A stretch of 63,904 bases of DNA, the filler included, from Folioceros fuciformis (taxonomy: Eukaryota): assembly GCA_049999805.1 (NCBI GenBank). It is 6 parts of 6 records of this genome, joined end to end, with 100 filler letters (N's around TTAATTAATTAA, not from the genome) between each part and the next. Parts side by side here need not be neighbours in the genome. Positions count along the whole stretch, not along the records: positions 1 to 18,791 come from JBNGIO010004054.1; 5 more parts are not named here. One strand, written 5' to 3'. Shown here piece by piece: positions 1-12,151 of this stretch (the first letter of the stretch is position 1; each line of letters opens with the position of its first letter). The notes under the pieces were generated by a model that had not been told where the DNA came from, ran no database searches, and saw nothing but the letters and a program-made list of their open reading frames with translations. Both the position numbers and the translations under genes were made by a program.

Positions 1-488
1 GTGAAGTGCTGAAGTGAAGGACTGAAGTGCTGAAGTGAAGGACTGAAATACTGGAGTGAAGTGCTGAAGTGGTGGAATGAAGTGTTGAAGCTGGAGTGAG
101 GAGCTAGCTGAAGTTGAGGTTCTCGTTCAACTGCGGAGGTAGCTAGCACTAGGTGCTGAGAATTGGAGGCCAGACTTGGGGCGGGAGCCTCCTCTCAGCA
201 CTGAAGTGATTGATACTTGGAGCTAGAAACGAGGGCTAAAGACATTGCTAGAGTTCTCATTTTGTTGAGGCTGGGGTTGGTGTTGTGGTAGGAGCCGAAG
301 ACAGGACCAAGAATTCTGATCTATTGCTGTAGCACTTGGTATATGCTGATAGATAGGGTGAGATTAGAAGGATGTAGGTAACCTTGACATTAGTTCACTC
401 CCTTGGGAGCGAATCATAAGACTGCAACGATAATAAGGGGAAGTGTGGCCCCTTGGTGGTTCTTGGGTGTGCAAGAAATCACTCCACA
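1..488 (+). mobile_element. 3' part of a 5' LTR of an Athila-like Ty3/gypsy element
   Basis: Ends ...CACTCCACA at 488, directly followed by TTT-TGGCGCCGTT. Its reverse complement resembles the termini at 12152, 57401 and 61626 (TGTGG...CCACA...CCAAGGGA-like blocks). Confidence 0.7.
2..110. repeat. Degenerate ~21-bp tandem repeat (TGAAGTGCTGAAGTGAAGGAC) within the LTR
   Basis: Two near-perfect units at the window start, then decaying TGAAGTG-rich copies. Confidence 0.75.
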
Positions 489-491
489 TTT

Positions 492-501
492 TGGCGCCGT
501 T
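492..501 (+). promoter_or_regulatory. Truncated primer-binding site, tRNA-Asp type (TGGCGCCGTT)
   Basis: Matches the start of the Athila PBS (TGGCGCCGTTGCC...), 3 nt after the LTR-terminal CA. Confidence 0.7.
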
Positions 502-3469
502 TTGTTAGGAGGTCAACTACGTTTTTATCCGTATTGACATACTGAACTTTCATTAGACCTCGCTCTGCAAGATCACGAATGTAATGATGGTAAAGTTCTA
601 TGTGTTTTATTCTAGCATGGAACCTTGGATTGGCAACTAATGCTATAGCTAACATGTTATCACAGAGAAGTGGAGTAGCACTAGACTGTGATTGATGGAA
701 TCAAGGTACTGCCTTTCCCATTCAGCTTCTTTACATGCATCGGTTAATGCTTTATACTCTACCTCCATGGATGATAGACCCATAGGGGCCTATTTCTTAA
801 AGGACTAATTGAAAGACCTAGCAACCAAAAGGAAAACATAAGTTGATGGGCTCCTCCTAGAATTAGCATTCGTAGCCCAGTCGACATTAGCAAAGGCACT
901 AAGTACAAATTCATTTCTCCCACTAGAGGTGTAATGAAGACCATAAGACAAGGTACCTTTGAGATACTGATATATGTGTTTGACAACATGCCAATGTGCC
1001 TTGCTTGGATTTTTAAGAAATTGCACGACAATACTAACAACATAAGAGATGTCTGGCTTGGTCCAATTAGTACAAAAGGTGAGATAGTCAACCAGTTCCA
1101 CATAGGGGACCATAGCCATATCATCCTTATTAGCTATAGATTGCAAGGATTGATCTATGGTCCACATTTCTCCCACTGTGGATGGGGTGGTAGCAAGACA
1201 TGCAACTTCAAGGAAAACCCTCGTCAAATCTCTTTTACATATTTGGTTTGGTGAAGATAAATGGTGCTTTGCTGCCTATCCCTGAAAATTTGAACTCCTA
1301 AACAAAACTGCAAGGGACCTTGGTCAGTCATCTCAAATTCTAATAGTAGGATGGGCTTTAACTTTGTGAAGCTATTGAAGACTGTTGCTCAAAAGGATGG
1401 CATGATCAATGTACAACGCCAGAATAACGAACGAACCATGCTTTGAAAGGTAAAACATATTTAAGTCTGCCGAGGACTCGTATGAACCAAAGTTTTTAAG
1501 AAACTTCATAATTTGTTTGAATTGGGCTCGTGGACTTTGCTTCAAACCGTAAATGGTCTTGAGAAGCTTACAGACCTTGTTAGGATACTTTTCACTAACA
1601 AACCCTTCTCGTTGGGTCATGTACAACACTTCTTCCAACTCTCTGTGAAAGAAGGCTATACAAACATTCATTTGGTGGAGCTCCAAATTAAACTCTGCCA
1701 CCATGGCCAAAAGAATTTGAATAGATGGTGGCTTCACCATTGGACCAAAGGTATCCCCATAATTTATGCCTAGAACTTGATTAAAGCTATGGGCAACCAA
1801 TCTAGATTTATAACAAGCAATGGTTCCATCAGCTTTCAACTTTGTTTTGAAAACCCACTTACACGTGATAGGTTTTTTGCTAGGTGGCAAATCTACAATT
1901 TCCCACGTATGATTCTTGATCAAAGAATTGTATTCACCAACGATGGAGATCCTCCAGTGCTCCCTATCAAGACCTCCCAAGGCTTCAATAATAAGACTAC
2001 AGATCTAGCTTGACTTCGGGTATGGAGATATCTGCAACATTTGCTGAAGCTTTCCTGAAATCAATGGATTGGTAGGGTTTCTCTTGCCATTGATCACGTG
2101 GTCATCTTTCTCTCATAAGGTAGTGCAAGGAAGAATCGGAAGGCACAACTATTTCTTCATCACGGCCAAGAGCATCCATAGGAGGTTCTCCAACAAGATC
2201 CTCATCTACAGAGGTGTTAGAAGCGAGGGACTAATTATCATTTGGAAACAGCTGCTCGTGCACATAAGGTACATATGTCCCTTGAGTATCCACTGGTTCT
2301 GTATATTTGTGCACACTAGAAGAAGGCTGCACACCATCATCATGAGCAGTTGCTGTATCAGAATAAACAAAACCTGCAAGCAATTCACCATCTGACGGTG
2401 GGAAAGATAAAGGCATGACTTGAATGAGATCAGCCAAAGACACTTCAACTTCATTATCTAAAGGAATAGCATCATCCACAGCAACTAAATCAGAAGGACC
2501 CGACAGAGGATGGGTGATCTCTTGAAAAGTAACACTATGCGCAAGTGTGAGTGTGTAAATATGAGGGTCAAACAACATGTAGGCTTTGGATTCTTCTGAG
2601 TAGCCAGGAAAAATAAGAGGCTTAGACCGATGATCTAACTTCCCCCTCTTGGCTTCAAGAATGAATGCAAAGGCTGATGACCCAAACACCCTTAGATGTA
2701 GAAGACTTGACCAGTGGCCCCAAAAAGCCTCGTAAGGTGTCCAACCAGGGAGAGCAGAAGTAACCATCTTTTTAAGAATGTAGGTAGCTACAACCACTGC
2801 TTCTGCCCAAAAGGACTTTGGAAGACCTGCCCAAGCCAACGTGCTTTTGGTCATGCCCATCAAGGTTTGGTTCTTTCTCTCAGCCACACCATTTTGTTGC
2901 TGTGTATAAGGAATAGAGAGTTGTCGAATGATGCCATATTGCTAGAACATGTCATTAAATCTGTAACCCGTGAACTCACCAACGTTATCTATGCAAAAAC
3001 ACTTAACCAACTTTCTTATGTGTCTGTAAACCATAGGAATCCAAATTGAAATATGATCGAAAACATCACTCTTTAGCTGCAAAGGAAATGCCTAGGTATA
3101 CCGAGAACAATCATCTGTGAGGGAGAGGGAATACTCCGACCCACCAAGAGATCTAATTGGAAGTTTTTCTGCAAGATTTGCATGTATCAACTCAAGGACT
3201 TCTTTAGCTCAAGTAGCCATTTGATTTTTGAAAGGAAGCTCCTTCTGCTTTGACAGGATACACTCACAGTAGGAAGCAAGGTGTTTAAAGCTCGAAGGCA
3301 ACTTCTCGCCATAGCAACGAGAGTGAGACATCATATTAAGCTTTGACTTGTCAACATGACCTAACTGAGCATGCCACAAACTAGCCTGAAGAGGATAAGA
3401 AGCTACCAAAGCTCAAGCACCAAAGGTAGAAACAATATCAATCTGATACATATCATTCTCTAAGGTAGC
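501..3469 (-). mobile_element. Decayed Ty1/Copia pol (GAG-pre-integrase, integrase, RT, RNase H), no LTRs visible
   Basis: LWHAQLGH, AERKNQTL, KPITCKWVFKTK, LYIDH (YxDD site), and RNase H read by hand at 501-760 (EYKALTDACKEAEWE, KHIELYHHYIRD). Many stops and frameshifts. Same family as 24017-30975. Confidence 0.9.
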
Positions 3470-3703
3470 TGTGGGCAAGCGGGTGTGGTATCCCTACCAG
3501 GCACCCGCTCACATGTATCGTGGCCACATCAATCCCATGGTCCCCGGAATCCACATCTTCCCCGGAATTGCTCCCCTCTAAGCCTAGTTAGCTACGTATA
3601 TCGTTCCCCTACAATAGTCAACCCTCCCAATCACATACCTACCAATCATGCAACACGTCTAGTCAATAGGTAGGCACCATTCCTTCACTTCGAAGGGCTC
3701 CAA
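3470..3703 (-). mobile_element. Terminal fragment of an Athila-like LTR interrupting the Copia pol
   Basis: Begins TGTGG exactly where Copia homology stops; shares CCAGGCACC and GGCCACA with the terminus at 61626. Confidence 0.5.
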
Positions 3704-6700
3704 TGAAGATCGACAGGATCAAGAACGCTGAGATCAGGTGACCGAGAGGAAAGAAAAAGAATGAATATTTTGTAGGGTCATGTGTCAGTTTATAAAGGCG
3801 CGGGAGCACCCGTTGGTGGTGTCCCGTGGCCTAAGACCATTGGACGTTGGGACACGACCCTAAGTCATGTTGATACGAATCTGTCTATTCGTATCTAGCT
3901 AATTAGTTCAGTTTATTTAATTAGGGCCTGGCTATGTATAATTGCCAAACCTCCTTTTACTCCCACTTAGCCGGAAATAATTAACATTCACTACGGCCAG
4001 TAACTTCACTGAAGAGGGCAGGCTGATCATAAAGTATGGTATGTCCTTTAGAACTACTCCCACTCCAGGTGATGTCTCTTACCCGCATTCCTGAACCTGA
4101 TCTTCTGTGATGCAGAACCCTGGTATCTATGTTCTTCAACAATGCTGACTCGAAGGTTCCAGGCTGGAAGATTCCCTGCAGCTCAGTAGCTCCTGCAGCT
4201 TGACTAAGTGGGTTGTGCAGCTACGTATCTGGATTTACTGCTAGCCCTAAGGCTCTACAGAATTTTTCGTGCTTGTCACGAGGCAATGCTTTGCTTAAGA
4301 CATCTGCTGTATTTTCTTTTGTAGACACATATTGGAGACTAACATGACCTTCTGCCACCACTTGCCTTATGAAATGATGCTTGATCTCGATATGTTTGGT
4401 TCTAGCATGCATCACAGGATTTTGTGCTAATGCAATGGCTGACTGATTATCGTTGAGAAGCAAAGTTGGTCCCTCTTGTCTTTCTCCTAGCGAGTTCAGC
4501 AGCTCTCTTGCATGAATTATATCTTCGGCAGCAGTGGTAGTAGAGATGTACTCTGCTTCCGTCGAGGAGAGAGCCACCACTTGCTGCTTTTTATTGTGCC
4601 ATGCTATTACTGTAGACTGGAATTGGTCTTTTCCTAGCATAAGGCAATGAGCTGAGATGGACTTGCGGCTGTCTGAGTCAGCTGCCCAATCTGCATCGCA
4701 GAAACAGGTGAGCAGAAGGTTGCTTGGTCGTTTACTGTACAACAGCCCTAGATTTGGTGTGCTTCCCAGGTACCGCATAATTCTTTGCACTGCACTCCAG
4801 TGTGGCCTGCCATAGTTGGATAGAAACTGGGAAGTGACTCCCACTGAGTATGAGAGCTCAGGTTTGGTCCAATTGTGGAAATATATGGGAACACCAACAG
4901 CAGGTCTATACGGAATCAGCTCCATCTATTGTCGTTCTTCCTTTGTTTTGGGACACTAATCTAATGACAATTTTTCCCCGGCTGCCATGGGTGTAGGTGC
5001 AGGCTTTGCATTCTGAAGCCTGAACCTGGCAAGGACCTATTGTACAAATTGGCCCTGGTGAATAAATATGGTGTGCCTAGAGAGATTTTGATGAATTTGT
5101 ATTCCTAAGAAGAATGTTAGCTGTCCTAAGTCAGTCATAGAGAATTCTGAGGTCAGGATAGCTTTCACTCGATTTATTAGTTCAGGGCAGCTAGCTATAA
5201 TTACAGCATCATCGACGTATAGTGCAAGATATGCAACACCTTTACTGTCATGCAGTTTATAGACGTTTCAATCAGCTTCACTATGGATGAAGCTACTGCT
5301 TTTAAGGTATGCGTCAATCCTCTTAAACCACTCTCTAAGCGACTACTCAAGTCTGTAAATGGTTTTGATTAGCCTACATACCTTGTGAGAGTTTTGCAGA
5401 TCAACAAAGCCCTCAGGCTATCTCATATAAATTGTTTCTTCTAAATTGCCATTTAGAAACGCAGTCTTCACGTCCATGTGTTGTAGGCAGTAATCATGTT
5501 GGGCTACTATAGCCAGGAGAGCTCGAATGGATGATGCACGTACAACTGGCGAAAAAGTTTCCGTGTAATCAAGACCTGCAACCTGGTTGTAGCCTCTTGC
5601 TTCCAGCCGAGCTTTATATCTAGCAATGGCTCTGTTGGCATCAAGCTTGGTCTTGAAGACCCATTTACATGTAACTGCCTTTCTCTCACGTGGAAGATCC
5701 TCCAGCACCCAAGTTTTATTGTCCACCAAGGACTGGTATTCTGACTGAATAGCCTCCATCCATTTTTGTCCATCCTTAGAATTTAGGGCTTCTTGATAGG
5801 ACTGCGGATCACCAGTGTCGAGTGGTGTGTTGTCATCTTGGACTAAGAATGATTGATAGGTTAACGGAGGTTGCAGCCATTCTGAAGGCGAGGTGGTGTG
5901 ACGTCTAGTGCCCAAGTCTGTCCCTCTCCTGACTGGAACAGTGTCTGGTTGTACAGCAGGTTCAGCAACAGGCCCCTCCTCTTCTGAGTAAGCATCCCGC
6001 TGATCCTCCTGCTGTTCATCATCAGAAATGTTGTCCTGGCTGACCACATCATTTGCATTATTTCCATATTCGTGTGTGTGCAAGTCAGGTTCTACATCAC
6101 TGTCACCGTCAGGAAAATCAGAAGGCTCTTCATCTGTGTCATTGTTAGGATTTATATGACTAGGATGTGCTGTACTAGATTCTGAGGTTGGTGCAGATGT
6201 ATGGGACTCAGTGCTGCTGATCTTGACAAAGGGCTGACTGAAGAAACTTCTCCTACCACTGTGCGACTAGGAGATGGGTTCAACAGCAACTGCTCATTAA
6301 AGACAACGTTACGAGCATGGGTTATGGTTTGAGACGTAGGGTCATACAGCTTGTAGCCCTTGATGCCCTCTGTATAACCTATAAACACATACTTGCATGC
6401 CTTGTAGTCTAACTTAGCTTTGCGTTGTTTCTCAGAGAGGTGGGCATAGGCTGGAGACCCGAAGATACGCAAGTGATTTATCCGGGGCTATAACCTATCC
6501 ACCTATGGTAAGGTGTTGCTCCATCAAATGCTTTTATCGGGAGACGGTTTTTGATGTAAGCAGCTGTAGCCACTGCCTCCGCCCAATAGGTTCATGGTAA
6601 CCCAGCTAGCTTGAGCATTGACTTAGCTTGTTCTTGCAGGTGCTTATTGTTGAGTTCGGCAAGAGGATTTTGTGAGGACGTGTAAGGCACGGTTAGTTGC

Positions 6701-9334
6701 CTGCCTATCCCATGCGCCTCGCAATAATCCTTGAACGCGTTAGAGTAGAACTCACCTCCATTATCACCCCGCAAGATTTTTACAAGCTCACCTGTCTGCC
6801 ATTGGGCAAAAGTAACAAAGTCTTGGAAGCAGCCAAGAGCCTTGCTCTTGTGCTTGATCAGGTAAACCATAACATACCGACTCCAGCCATCCAGGAAAGA
6901 TAAGATGTACAGTGCTCCTCCCATGGATATTGTAGACATAGGTCCACAGAGATCCGTATGCACCAGTTACAGCAACTTGAAGGCTCTAGTGGGATTTTTG
7001 TCATTGTACGGAAGCCTATGGTGTTTCCCAAACACACAGGCTTCACAAAATTGCTTGTCAGTAAATTGCAGCATAAACTTCTCCCTGTAGAGGGTATTAC
7101 TAGCCACCATGATTTTTAGTTTCTCGAAGTTGACGTGCCCGAGCCTGCAATGCCACAGCATGGCCTGGTCTTTTTGTTTTGACGCTTGGGTGACGTTGAC
7201 ATGTGCGCCCTATTTGAAGACTCTCCCCTGTGGGAGGTACCCCTGCTTGCTTTGCGGGTTGACTCTTCCTTGAGAAGAGCACCAATAACATCTGAAAGTG
7301 TAACAGTTGGTTGGCTTCCTGGTTGAGCTACTTGTGCAACTTGGGCTGCTTGCCGGAGTGCTGAACTCTGATTGCTGACGAATGTGCAAAAGCTTTCAAG
7401 AAGAGAGAGAAGCAGAGCCACCGCAAGCTGCATCTCCGTGGTCTTGGTTCCACTTGAGGCAAGGTTGGACCTCAAGGTCCTGAATTTAATAATATGCTGC
7501 TCTACAGAGTCATGCACCCTCATTTTACAATTATAGAAGTCACGTGTTGCACTAACGAGTGAGGATCCATTGACAACTTGGTAGACTTGTGAAAGTGCAT
7601 CCCAAACAGCCTTTGTGGATTCTGCATCTCGAGTATGGTGCATCATTGTACCGTCCAATGCTGATTGTATGACTCCTAGGGCACAGAGATCTAGTTTGGC
7701 CCATGCCTCTCTATCAGGAAGTAGAGTAGTAGCAGCAGGTTTAGGGACAGTCCCGGAAACAACACCCCAAAGATCATTTTCCTTCAGGATAGTCTGAACC
7801 CTAAGTGCCCATATGTCAAATTGAGTGCCTGAAAATCGGTCACGTTCTTTGAAATCTATCTTGAGATTGTGAGCAGTAGTGTTGTTGGTAACTGTGCTAC
7901 CGTGCTGTTGACCAGCCATTGTGCCCACTACTTGTGCCGCTAATGCAGCCCTTGTGGCTTGTGCAAGACGTGCAGCTTCTATGTTTTGAGCTATTGCTAC
8001 AGCGTGTGCAACGTGCTGAACCTGTGCAGTGTGCAAATTTGCAGTGTTACTTGATTGGGACGAGGTTGGTTGGCTCTAGGTATGATAAAGGGAGAGAGGG
8101 TCTATAGGCAAGGAAGGACCACTACCGTACTAAGTTCCTCTCCCAGAACCTCTGCCCCTACCTCGGCCACAAGCTCTATGTGAAGGATTTGGATTTCCTC
8201 GAGCTCTTCCACTGCCTGACATATGCCGCTTACTCAAAGTGGTCTCCTAGCCTCTTCCTCCAGTGCAGCCAGGTGTTCACAGTCCTTAGCAAATGCCTCC
8301 TGCATGACTTTGATCATTTTCTCTAAATTTGACTATGGTTTTTGTTCTTCGGGTGAGATATGAATAGGTACAGTTGTCTTTCCTTGAAGAGACGCAGGTT
8401 TGTCAAGGGAGAGATTATAGATCTGATGAGACAGGCAGGTGATGTGTCTATTTTGTGCTTGAACCTTGTGGGTCAACTCTGAGATGTGCTGCCTAACCTT
8501 GACAGTTTGAGATTTTACAAGATCATAAATGTCAATGAGCAAGTTGTTTGACGGGCATGGAAAAGAATTAAGGTCTCTAGTACAAGTGTAACAAATACTA
8601 GAACGTACCTGCAGTTGATATTCAGCTTGTGCAGAAATGTCACGAGCGTGTGCAATTTGCTGTCTAACTTGACGACATAAATTGTGCAAGGGGTCGGGCT
8701 AAGAATGTTGCCTAATCATACCTACGTTGTGTGCGTGTGTAGGGCGTGCAGGGACTCGACAGTGATTCGTGAAGAAATGGTTCAGTCTCCTATGCTGTGA
8801 TTCAATTGTTTCATCCAGTCTGCCTGCAAAGGGGTCTGATGGCCGGTGGTTTCTCTGGCCCCTAGCTCTCGGCATAGAGCTGAGATCACGAGTAGTAGTG
8901 ATCAACAGCGCTAGCAAGGAAGACATCTGCCATACTTCCAAATCTTGTGAGTGCAACCTTCAATGCAGCAATTACAGCGCGAAATTGTTGATGTGGCAAG
9001 TTCTCGACACAATTTGCGCTGTTGCAGGTTGCGCAGATGATTGGAAGCCCGGCAGAGTCCATCATGACTCTGATACCATGAAGATCGACAGGATCGAGAA
9101 CGCTGAGATCAGGTGATCGAGAGGAAAGAAAAAGAATGAATATTTTGTAGGGCCGTGTGTCAATTTATAAAGGCCCGGGAGCACCCGTTGGTGGTGTCCC
9201 GTGGCCTGTGACCGTTGGACGTTGGGACACGACCCTTAGTCGTGTTGATACGAATCTGTCTATTCGTATCTAGCTAATTAGTTTAGTTTATTTAATTAGG
9301 GCCTGGCTCTATATAATTGCCAAACCTCCTTTTA
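3704..9334 (-). mobile_element. Ty1/Copia element with both LTRs, internally deleted and pseudogenised
   Basis: 256-bp direct repeats at 3704-3959 and 9079-9334 (about 14 mismatches by eye); PBS TGGTATCAGAGT at 9067-9078; PPT GGCTAAGTGGGAG at 3960-3972; gag 7116-8036, then integrase (HTDLCGP, DNGGEF), RT and RNase H (DADWA, KHIEIKHHFIR) in Copia order. Confidence 0.95.
8105..8875 (-). pseudogene. Extra ORF upstream of gag (ORF0), disrupted by in-frame stops
   Basis: ORFs 8699-8956 and 8333-8689 are in one frame, which continues through TAG/TGA stops to about 8105; ATG at 8875 gives MPRARGQRNHRP. Confidence 0.55.
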
Positions 9335-11359
9335 CCACCATATGTTGTCCAAGTTTTGAGTGTGTCCACCGATCTTCACATGCATTCTTGGCATCCTACA
9401 ATTCTTGAAGGGTTGCTTGCTCAAGGGCCACTACAGCAAGGTACATGTCTTGCATCTTCGATCAACACCACGCAGAACACCATACATTTTCTATAGTTGG
9501 TTGATTGAGTGGCCATGGTATTATGATGACTAGTAGTAACATGACCTCCTCCTTTGTAGGTTGTCACTCCATGCCTACTAGTATATCTTGCTTTATCATG
9601 GTTATGTTTGGTATTTTAGACAATGATAAGTGATCACACCAAGATTGTCACTAGCCATGCATGCCCACCTACGCCTTAGCCCCCCTAAATTTCTTGCTCG
9701 ACAATGCTCCCTATTTGTTGCGATGCACTTGTGGCTAATAGCTCATTACAACTTGTCTACATGCTAGGTGTTATGCTGGTGCACAAATGAGTAGCCATCT
9801 CAAAGCCTAGATAGGCCATTCAAATGGATGTATAGGCGAAGCCTACATCTTTGGTTTTTGTAGGTACCTACATGGAGTGTGCAAGCCTAGACGCAAAACT
9901 ATCCACCACTAGGGAACCTAATATTGAAAACACAATTGTAAGAGATTTTGGTAGCACATCCCACACTCATTATGGACCACATAGTAGCAAGGTTCAAGCA
10001 TTTGTTGGGTAGTGTTAGGAGCTAGCGGTGATGCTTACACCTAGGGTTTTTTTCTTGTGCCCAACCTTGCCATCCAATTTTTTTGCAAGCAATGCCATAA
10101 TACCCCTCCTCCTTCCAACACATGCATGTCTCCAATCCTCAAACATCCAATACCTCACCCCTCTGATCCTAGCGGGAGGTTTAAGAAAATCCCTATTGCG
10201 CTTCTCCTAGTGGTCCATTGTAAGTGTCTACTCTCCATGACTACAATGGAAATGTGAAGAAGTGAAGGGTAGGGATATTAGGCCTTCCAACTAGCAATGA
10301 GGATCCAACAAAAACTCGTGGCAGGCCATCCACAAGGTTGTAGAGGCACTAAGCCTATCAATCACCCACCCTCTAGGCCTAGCTCATTTGGAGTAAGTGT
10401 AAGGGATGCACTCCATTGTGCTAGGAAAAAGTATGAGGTAAGTCTGATATCCCTTCGGAGTAGAGATTGGTACTCATGGGATTAGATCTAGGAATTGTTT
10501 CACTCCAGCAACCACAAACTTGTGTGGCCACGAACCATTAAACCGATAGGCCCTAGGGGGTAGTTCAACAAATACATCTAGAGTGGACAAAAATTTACTA
10601 TATTCATGTAATAAAATATATAAAAATATATAGTTCAAATAGAGTATATGCTTGTTTAGTGCAATTTCCATATTGCTAAAGAAAAATATTTTCTCAATTC
10701 AGGAGTAGTGTAACAATGGGTGGAGCGTCTTCGCCCAACACTTGGCGAACTCTTCAAAGAAGCCCTACAAGAAAATCTCATTCTTACGAAGACACGTATC
10801 CAGCATTGGAACCACAGGTTTCTAGGAAGAACATACTGTATATATATACGCCCACATAACATATACATATATTATAAATAATTACTCACCCAATAAATAG
10901 TCTTCTACTATGTAATGCACTTACTATGCAGCATGTAGCTCTTGAGATTTGTAACTCGATGATAGCAACTATTAGAATTTTCCTTCCTTATACCCACAAC
11001 AATTGAGGAGCCCTCCACACTCATCCCACTTAGTAGCTAATCTACGCTTCTTCATTTCTCGGTATTTTCTTAGGTTTTAGCTTGGCTCTCAATGTTACAT
11101 TCGTGTTCTTGGGAATATTGCAACTTGTTGGCCTACATGGCTCTTCTAAACCACTAAATTTTGGGTTAATGGTTACTTTTGGTTTGGAAAGGGCTAAATG
11201 TGGCTTAGTCAGGTTTTCCTTTTTTTTCCTTTCCTTCGTCTTTATCTTATTTTTATTTTCTCTCTAACTTTTTCATTTTGTTCACCATCAATTAAGCTAG
11301 CTAACAAAGTGATAATTAAGCTTACTGACTAGGTTGTGACACCCATCCTTTACTTGCCT

Positions 11360-12151
11360 AATGTGTTCCTTGCCTAACTCCTTGCCTAATGTGTTCTGGG
11401 ATTAAGGGGTTGAAAGGCCATATTAGTCATAAGCATAAGGACTTCAACATGACCACTTGGGTGGCACAAGAGCGACTTGCTTCTTATTTCGAACCAGATG
11501 TCAATCCCCTTCTAATAGATCCCTTGGGGCCACCCCCATATGCTTGGTTGTGGTTCTTGTTGGCTCTTTTCCATGCTCGTTTCCCATGTTCTCGTCTCTT
11601 CTGACGTCTCCTTGGGCACCTACATGATGATATTCACCTTGCTCGGGACCCAAGGGATGAGGATGCTTGGATTTTGTTCCTTTTCCTCCCCATATGGTAC
11701 CTTTGGCGCTTTAGGGGTGGTCCTTCAGTTCACAGGGAGGTGGATAGCTCTTTAGGAGAAGGATCTACTAGCAACAAAATCTCATTTGGAGTTAGCTAAG
11801 GTTGACAAGGTTTTCCATGACCCATTTAAAGCGCGTCTCAAGCGATGTCTCATGTTGGGCAGGGATGGTGAATATGCTCGGTTTGCTAGGGCATTGTGCC
11901 CAGAGTTGGCAGCATCTACAACTAAAGACTCCATGCCGCAGTTTGTGCTCTTTACCTAGAACCTCATAACACTATACTACAAGATCTTCTTGACCACACA
12001 ATTGAGGATTCTTTTTGCGTTGATAGGGTTGTTTTGGGCATGCACTCTCTTTTGCGCCGTGGTTTTCTTCAAGGGGTTTTTCTAGCATAGTTTATGACCA
12101 TTTTCAAGATTATTTTTCTCCTGAGGATCCCTTATGTGGTTTTTCAGAGCA
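11360..12151 (+). mobile_element. CRE-clade-like non-LTR retrotransposon 5' fragment
   Basis: C2H2-finger-like CSGIKGLKGHISHKH, then DAWILFLFLPIWYLWRFRGG and ARLKRCLMLGRDGEYARFARAL, resembling pre-RT motifs of CRE/RLE elements. Cut off by the LTR at 12152. Confidence 0.55.

Noticed and set aside
9340-11350. Short ORFs in an AT-rich interval
   Set aside because: No domain, splice structure or termini that I could support.
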